DNA of 64,000 nt from a virus (lineage: Duplodnaviria; Caudoviricetes). Positions 57,813 through 64,000 of the stretch are shown piece after piece. Location of the stretch: IMG/VR virus record IMGVR_UViG_3300031555_001469. The stretch is one strand, 5' to 3'. Numbering within the stretch: the stretch's first letter is position 1; every line of letters starts with the position of its first letter. Under the pieces are notes generated by a model that did no database searches, was not told the DNA's origin, and saw only the letters and a program-made list of their open reading frames with translations. The position numbers and the translations under genes were made by a program.

Positions 57813-59117
57813 TTAAATATCTTCAGAAGCAATATCTTCCTGTTTATCTACAGTATTCAAAATAACCTCTTCAGATCCACCATCTTCAGAAACTTCGATT
57901 TCTTCTTCTACGGTATGAATCTTCTTAGTGAGGTGAGAATCTACGTCTGTGTAATCAGGAGATATTCTTGTTCCTAAATACATAGGATCAAGATACTTAT
58001 ATACATTAATAGTATTTAAACTTGCTCTAAAGCTATCCATTACAGCATTATCAATAACATCTGCATACTGCTTAATTTCAGGCTGAGCAGACTTATGAGT
58101 TCTAAGCTGTAAGAACTTCAATAAGTGTCTATACGTGAAAGTCATATAAACCTTACCAGATGCATAGTTCTGAGGGAGATATCCTCTAGCATCTTCTTTA
58201 TCAAGACCCTGTTCTCTAAGATCTTCATATATATCCATTAAAGCATCTCCAAGATCTTTTAAAGTAAAATATTCTTTGAATCGCTCAATAAAATAAGTTT
58301 TATCGGCTTCATACTTAGGTTTGAATTTATCTGGAGAATTGAACCCGTATTCTCTTAAGTCTACATATCTACCAGATTCCTGAGTAATACCATTTCTGTG
58401 TCTTGTGAGCTGCTGTGTAATAATACGGCTCATCTTATCAAATATGATTGTAACAGTCATCATATCCAGAAGATCATCAAATGTAAATACATCATACATC
58501 TTAGATGCTGCTTCATCGATATTATCTACATTGACAATTGTAACTCTATCATCTTCGACTTCTACCTTGTTACAATAGCCAGTAACTTCTGTTTCTTCAT
58601 CTGGATAATAACCGAATGAATGATCATTCATGATTCCATCCTGAATGAAATCTGCAAAATAACACTTATCTAAGTTCATATAGATCTGCGTTCTGATTGT
58701 GTCGAGTACTACATTAGTCATATCAAGCATATTTCTAAATGCTTCCTTATAACCTCTGATACTTCCTCCTACTAAAAGATAAATGTTTTCACCCTTTACT
58801 CTAGCTTTCTTATTAAGATACTGAGCAGCTGACATAAATGCTAAAACACTTTCCATCTCATGAGCAGGAAATACCATCTGAATTACCATATTACTGTGTT
58901 CAATAACAGATTCATGACCGGTTTTAATTCGCTTAGCGATATACTCACATTTCTCTGAGTATGTAGTATATCCCTTTGTTCCCCAGCACACTTTACATGC
59001 ATCCGCCACAATATTAATATTATCATTAGTTAAAATTGTTTCAGCTGCATAAACAGCCTTTCCTTTCACAATCTTTGATTTGTTACTCTTTTTTGTTAAA
59101 GCGTTAAATAAATTCAT
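57813..59117 (-). CDS. thyX: FAD-dependent thymidylate synthase, extended form
   Basis: GHESVIEH, SRIITQQLTRHRNGITQESGRY, EDARGYLP, FLQLR..KSAQPEIK. Confidence 0.92.
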   Translation of the reverse strand: MNLFNALTKKSNKSKIVKGKAVYAAETILTNDNINIVADACKVCWGTKGYTTYSEKCEYIAKRIKTGHESVIEHSNMVIQMVFPAHEMESVLAFMSAAQYLNKKARVKGENIYLLVGGSIRGYKEAFRNMLDMTNVVLDTIRTQIYMNLDKCYFADFIQDGIMNDHSFGYYPDEETEVTGYCNKVEVEDDRVTIVNVDNIDEAASKMYDVFTFDDLLDMMTVTIIFDKMSRIITQQLTRHRNGITQESGRYVDLREYGFNSPDKFKPKYEADKTYFIERFKEYFTLKDLGDALMDIYEDLREQGLDKEDARGYLPQNYASGKVYMTFTYRHLLKFLQLRTHKSAQPEIKQYADVIDNAVMDSFRASLNTINVYKYLDPMYLGTRISPDYTDVDSHLTKKIHTVEEEIEVSEDGGSEEVILNTVDKQEDIASEDI

Positions 59118-59197
59118 TTTATATTACCTCCTTCAAGTAATTAATAATAGGTTTAAAAGATAGTAATTTCCAATTAGTATAGAAATTGACATATGTG

Positions 59198-59352
59198 CTC
59201 CCGTATGATCCGGCTATCATACGGGAGTTTTTGAAAGGAAAAAATTATGAAAAAGTTTTATTTCTATATGTGTAACAAGCGAAAATACTATTAATGAAGA
59301 GAAATATTTTCTTAGCTTGGAGTTATGTAATAAGGGACACGCCCTTAGATTT
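59198..59352 (-). ncRNA. Putative ~155-nt late small RNA
   Basis: AACA-TTAAAA-TAA at 59351-59363; 5' hairpin TAAGGG/CCCTTA; 3' 12-bp hairpin 59198-59227; no sense ORF with an SD. Confidence 0.5.
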
Positions 59353-59403
59353 ATTTTAATGTTAAATAAAATTTTTTAATTTAGTTATTTATGATACGAT
59401 AAT

Positions 59404-59435
59404 AACTCCCGTAGTAAATAAATACTACGGGAGTT
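59404..59435 (-). terminator. Terminator after the RNAP beta gene
   Basis: AACTCCCGTAGTA/TACTACGGGAGTT 13-bp stem. Confidence 0.8.
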
Positions 59436-59441
59436 GTATTC

Positions 59442-62400
59442 TTATGGCTGTTCGTTGATTTCGAAATCATATGGTATTCCCATAATGTCTTTCACCGATC
59501 TATCTAATTCGATCATGATCTTATTCAAAGACCAAATACTCAATACAGAACCAACCATTCGTCCATTGATACTAGCTACAGACAAGAAAGCTTCAACTCT
59601 TTCTTCAGGTCTGAATTCGCTAGTAGGTTCTTTTCCTTCTGGGAAAATATCCTTAACTACGCCCTTAAGAGCACGGTCATAAACAAGTTTATCTCCAACA
59701 CCCATTTCATCTTCGTATTTCAGATAGAATTCAATGAGTACAGATTCTTTAGCATGTTTAAGTTTGCCAGTTGTATCAAGTTTATAGTTAGGAGTAAAGT
59801 TTTCTTCGGTATCATTATCACACTTATCTGCAATTCTTTTTACCTTAGAAATAGAAGATTCGTAATCTTTAACTACCTTCTTCAGGGAGTCTGATAATTC
59901 ATCTTCTTCTACAGTACGATATACTACTATATCCTGTACTATACCAGTTACTTTAGATTTAACTCTAACTCTTCCTAAATCACTTACGTCATCATCTTCA
60001 TCAGCAAGATTCTTCAAAAGTGCATTAAGATCGTCTTCGTCAAAAGCATTCTGGAATATCAATAATGGATCACCTTCCTGAACAGGCTGACCTTTCTTTA
60101 CAATAGATAAGATATTAGTGTTCTTAGGCAATGTGATCTCTTTCTTAACGACAATTTCTGATGTCATAGCTTTAGCTAACCATGGAGATATAATAGCAGA
60201 GTCTTCGTATCCTTCATCTGTACTGAGAACAGCAATCTTAGATAATACACCCATATTACACTGAGGATTTGCTTTTCTACCAACAGCTTTAGAAAATGAG
60301 AATTTATCATAAGCTATAATCTGACCAGGTTTAACTTTGTCACCAACTTTAAGATCTGTATCTAATTTGAGAACTCCATAGAAACCACCATCAGAGTTTT
60401 TCTTTACGTTCTCTCTTAAGTCTACAAATTCAGTTGTCTTATCTGTATAGGTGATAACCATATAATCTTCTGTAAGAGAGGTTACCTCACCTTTATCTTT
60501 AGCCTTATAAGCAAACATGTCAGAACACATGTATCCAATAGCTTCATCAGCACCATTAGTTACTAATAAAGGTGTAGATACTCTAGTTCTCATACTGTGC
60601 TTATTAGTCTGAATAAATGTCATAGCTGTACGGAATGGGTCATCTCGTGTTGTGCACATCGGAGTTAACGCTTCTGTAAAACATAAAGTATTTACATCGT
60701 TTATCTCTGGAGTTTCATCTGTCTTAAGATAACCACGTTTTCCTTCTACTGCCATATTAATTGTAGCCTGTCTAGTTAAACCTACATTACCAGCAAAACC
60801 AGTAGACATGGCTAATTTATTAAGCATAGATCTATCGAATGTACGTTTATCTAATCCATAGGATCTATCACTATTCATACCCGCTAATCCCTTGAAGGAA
60901 ACTGAATTAGCTGCTTCCATTTCAAGTAATGGGGAGAATACAGATAAATCACCAGCTGTTGGGTCAGACATAATGCTATCAATAATTTGAGTTCTCTTAA
61001 TAGACATAGTAGCGTCTTTCTTAGACCTCTTAAGCATATTAGAATACTGGCCGTAAGACGTAGCCAAAGATTTATAAATGTAACCAGTTATAATTTCTTT
61101 AGTTCTATATCTGTTACCAGTCAAGTCCACATGCTTATTATATTTATTATCAGCAAGAAGCATATTAGCATATGCTAAAACTTCTATATAATCGTATGGA
61201 AGATCAAAATCTTTACAAACTTCAATAGTTATAGGGTCCATCATCAAGTCATAGAAGTTATCAAGACCATCAGCCTTAATTCTTCCACCGAACTGATCAA
61301 GGAAATCTAACCACATAAGTTTAGAATTTACTTCCTTAATTGAATAAGCTTCAGTACCACATTCTTTTAATCCATTCATTAACAGAGATGAATTATAATC
61401 TAATTCGTATACCAAGTATCCGTCTTCGAATTTAATTACATCATGTGTATCTGGATTAATATGAGGACGTGCTTCAACTAATTCATATTTAACGTTACCC
61501 TTTTTCATAGCGGTAAATAAACCTTCACTGTAAGCCATAACTACAATAAGAGGTATTTCTGTATTAAGAATACTTGCCTTACTGTAAGTATACTTCTTAG
61601 CAGGTTTAATAGAATTATATACTTCTGCAAATTTAGGATCAGCCTTTGTTAAGATATCAGCTAACCAAGTAGAGAATGTCATAGGGCCATCCCAATAAAG
61701 AACTTTACCGTCCTGTATTGCAAATGGTAACCCCTTAGAATAATCTACATTGTGTGACTTTATCAACTCATCCTGATTGAAATATATAGTTAATTTCTGA
61801 CTAGGAACTGAAATCGTAGAGTATACTCCAGATATATCAATATAGTCAATCGGGAGATCATATTTTCTACAAATCTTTCTGTTATCACCAGCCTTTGTTT
61901 TAATAGAAGAACCTTCATATTTATCTAAAGCTTTTAAAAGTCTTCCTGCAGATGAATAAGATTTACCATCACTAGTACCAAATCTTCTAATAAAAATCTT
62001 ATTATAGTTTGATACAATCTGTACAGTATCTTCATCTGTCTTAATAATTGGAAGTAATGGTAACTGAGCAGAGATAGTCTTTTCGTTACCTCTTAATCTC
62101 ATGAATCTACCGTTACGGAATTTAGGTACATCGAATACTAAAGTAAATCTCTTACCATTAGCATCTTCACACTTTACTGTATAAGTATAGATAGAATCTT
62201 CTGTTGTAGAAGTATCTTTCTTATCTATATCTATTACAGATACAGGATTGGTTCTTGTTGAGAAGAAGTCTAATATCGCTACGATATCTTCATCATTCTC
62301 ATAAATATCATTAAAGTTAGTAAACTGCAATTTACTCCATTCGTCATTGATAGAATCGACAGGCAAAGAGGTTTCTGGTAACTCTCTATCTTCTTTACTT

Positions 62401-63953
62401 CTATCTAACAATTCCTTTACTGAAACTCCATCAAGTTTCTTCTTTGTAAAATCCTGATTGAGTTTAGTCATACGAGCTGCTCTTGTAGCAGACACCTGAC
62501 TCTTTTCTTCTTCCTCAGCTGCTAAGTCTAATAACAGCTTTTTGAACTCTTCGGTTTCAAGCTTATCAATAGCTTCTTCTGTAGAGTTAGAAGTTTCTGC
62601 AGCCTTATCAATCATATCGGAAATCTCTTTCTTCTTAGCTGCATTATTAGCTAACTTCTTTTCTAATTCTTCTTTAGATATAGTCTCATCCTTACCAGTG
62701 AGGTTATGTATCTTAATTCCCTGGGAAGTTTCCATTCTATCTAAAATATCTGTCTTGATTGCTTTAGGAGAATCCTTTGCAAGACTATCGTCCTGAATAG
62801 GTTCGCTAGCAATAAGCTTATCAATGAGCATCTTAAACTTGTTTCTACCAAATTCAGTCTTCTCATCAATAGTCATTTTAAAGTAACCAATCTTACCAAA
62901 GAAAACTATTGTATATCCTTTTAATCCTGCTCTTATCTTTGAAGGATTGTATACCATCAGATAATAAAGCATAGATATAGGATTAACAGTTTCTTTATAA
63001 TTGAATATATCACCAGTAGCAGGCTTATACTCATTTATATCTATGAAGATAGTTTTTCTTTCATAGTTTTCAAATCCTCTTGTATTAAGCAACTTCAATA
63101 AAAGGTCGAAATAGATTTCTGCACCTTTGACGTTCTTATAGAGGTTATTACGAAGAAATGCATCATTATAATATCTCATATCAATGAATACATTTCTATT
63201 CTGATATCTTTCTGGACGGATATAAGTATATCTAATCCAAGGATTCTTTTCTCTAACTGCATCGTAAATAGAAAAAAGTTCTTTATCGTTTCTAATACGA
63301 TCGTTAAAAAGAAGTTTCTTAAGTCTTGCATCATTATCAGAAGCTTCTGTAAAGAATATTACAGAGTCTTTAGTCTGAAAATAATTTTCATTTAATAAAT
63401 AAGATTCATTGGATAATACAGCAGGCTTAAAGCTATTCTGAACTACTTCATCAAACTTATCTACCCAGCTATATTCCCAATCAGGACAATATACTTTATG
63501 CATATTTGTCACTTCACCGTAAGAGAAATACTGTTCACTCTTAGAGTTCTCCAGTACAATCTTACCAATACATTTTAATGTAACAGGTTTCTGACACCAA
63601 ACTTCCTTACATAACTTAGCATAAGGAATCTGCTTAATACTAGGAGTCATAACTTTTACATCATGAGCAGGACAGTGTACGTAAAGTACAGTTCCTTTAT
63701 TAACGCCACGCATCTTTAACAGATTACCTTCAATAGATTCATGTAAGGATACTCTCTTATCAGTCGGGTCTTCATATGCAGCTTCTGTAATAAACGTAGA
63801 CGGAATTCTAGGAGTAAGTGTCTTCTTATTCATATTTTTAGTAGATAAGAAGAAATACTTATTCTCTCTATTTGATTCTGTAACTACCTTTTGCTGCTGA
63901 ATCATCCTAAGTATATTTCTCGATTCTTTATCGATAACATAGCCATCTTTCAT
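59442..63953 (-). CDS. Phage RNAP beta subunit, large N-terminal fragment (phiKZ gp178-like size, probably virion RNAP)
   Basis: GNVGL, RDDPFRTAM, GYEDSAIIS, GDKLVYDRALKGVV, INGRMVG; ends before the C-terminal beta motifs; long N-terminal extension. Confidence 0.9.
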   Translation of the reverse strand: MKDGYVIDKESRNILRMIQQQKVVTESNRENKYFFLSTKNMNKKTLTPRIPSTFITEAAYEDPTDKRVSLHESIEGNLLKMRGVNKGTVLYVHCPAHDVKVMTPSIKQIPYAKLCKEVWCQKPVTLKCIGKIVLENSKSEQYFSYGEVTNMHKVYCPDWEYSWVDKFDEVVQNSFKPAVLSNESYLLNENYFQTKDSVIFFTEASDNDARLKKLLFNDRIRNDKELFSIYDAVREKNPWIRYTYIRPERYQNRNVFIDMRYYNDAFLRNNLYKNVKGAEIYFDLLLKLLNTRGFENYERKTIFIDINEYKPATGDIFNYKETVNPISMLYYLMVYNPSKIRAGLKGYTIVFFGKIGYFKMTIDEKTEFGRNKFKMLIDKLIASEPIQDDSLAKDSPKAIKTDILDRMETSQGIKIHNLTGKDETISKEELEKKLANNAAKKKEISDMIDKAAETSNSTEEAIDKLETEEFKKLLLDLAAEEEEKSQVSATRAARMTKLNQDFTKKKLDGVSVKELLDRSKEDRELPETSLPVDSINDEWSKLQFTNFNDIYENDEDIVAILDFFSTRTNPVSVIDIDKKDTSTTEDSIYTYTVKCEDANGKRFTLVFDVPKFRNGRFMRLRGNEKTISAQLPLLPIIKTDEDTVQIVSNYNKIFIRRFGTSDGKSYSSAGRLLKALDKYEGSSIKTKAGDNRKICRKYDLPIDYIDISGVYSTISVPSQKLTIYFNQDELIKSHNVDYSKGLPFAIQDGKVLYWDGPMTFSTWLADILTKADPKFAEVYNSIKPAKKYTYSKASILNTEIPLIVVMAYSEGLFTAMKKGNVKYELVEARPHINPDTHDVIKFEDGYLVYELDYNSSLLMNGLKECGTEAYSIKEVNSKLMWLDFLDQFGGRIKADGLDNFYDLMMDPITIEVCKDFDLPYDYIEVLAYANMLLADNKYNKHVDLTGNRYRTKEIITGYIYKSLATSYGQYSNMLKRSKKDATMSIKRTQIIDSIMSDPTAGDLSVFSPLLEMEAANSVSFKGLAGMNSDRSYGLDKRTFDRSMLNKLAMSTGFAGNVGLTRQATINMAVEGKRGYLKTDETPEINDVNTLCFTEALTPMCTTRDDPFRTAMTFIQTNKHSMRTRVSTPLLVTNGADEAIGYMCSDMFAYKAKDKGEVTSLTEDYMVITYTDKTTEFVDLRENVKKNSDGGFYGVLKLDTDLKVGDKVKPGQIIAYDKFSFSKAVGRKANPQCNMGVLSKIAVLSTDEGYEDSAIISPWLAKAMTSEIVVKKEITLPKNTNILSIVKKGQPVQEGDPLLIFQNAFDEDDLNALLKNLADEDDDVSDLGRVRVKSKVTGIVQDIVVYRTVEEDELSDSLKKVVKDYESSISKVKRIADKCDNDTEENFTPNYKLDTTGKLKHAKESVLIEFYLKYEDEMGVGDKLVYDRALKGVVKDIFPEGKEPTSEFRPEERVEAFLSVASINGRMVGSVLSIWSLNKIMIELDRSVKDIMGIPYDFEINEQP

Positions 63954-64000
63954 CAGCCCATATTCTCTTAAAGAATCATAATACTCTAAGAAATATTCAT

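Noticed and set aside
38988-63953. Bacterial rpoB/rpoC, or group I introns/inteins in the RNAP genes
   Set aside because: Subunits are split, highly divergent and embedded among virion genes; the ORFs are continuous, with no intron or intein signatures seen
1-64000. Alternative genetic code (stop-codon reassignment)
   Set aside because: Long conserved genes are intact under code 11 and TAA, TAG and TGA all end genes at sensible boundaries

Overview
This 64-kb window is part of a low-GC (about 30% by eye) jumbo myophage genome of the AR9/PBS1/phiKZ-related type. It uses the standard genetic code, and strong AGGAGG Shine-Dalgarno sites point to a Firmicutes host. It encodes three fragments of split multisubunit RNA polymerases: a beta'-N fragment with DFDGD, a beta'-C fragment, and a 1503-aa beta fragment. 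Replication and repair genes include GyrB, DnaB, a Dda/RecD helicase, SbcD, a PD-(D/E)XK nuclease, RNase HI and ThyX. There is a ~17-kb tail-fibre/receptor-binding cluster, baseplate-type genes and a bacterial-type PARG. Two promoter classes can be read directly from the sequence: an early TATATTAT-type motif (12 copies, all minus strand) and a late AACA-N6-TAA-type motif (about 27 copies). Using them, the most notable unexplained features are as follows. (1) A set of promoter-to-terminator units with no real ORF, including a ~610-nt RNA of about 12 hairpins at 56787-57400; two of the small units carry an antisense copy of an SD+ATG region just before the terminator. (2) An early operon coupling a prion-like Q/Y/G/N protein, a kinase with a nested in-frame gene, two DUF488-like paralogs, a minimal PolB-like palm protein and two SLOG proteins. 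(3) Two head-to-head paralogous receptor-binding genes sharing a 96/98-nt inverted repeat. All family assignments come from motif recognition by eye; no database searches were run.
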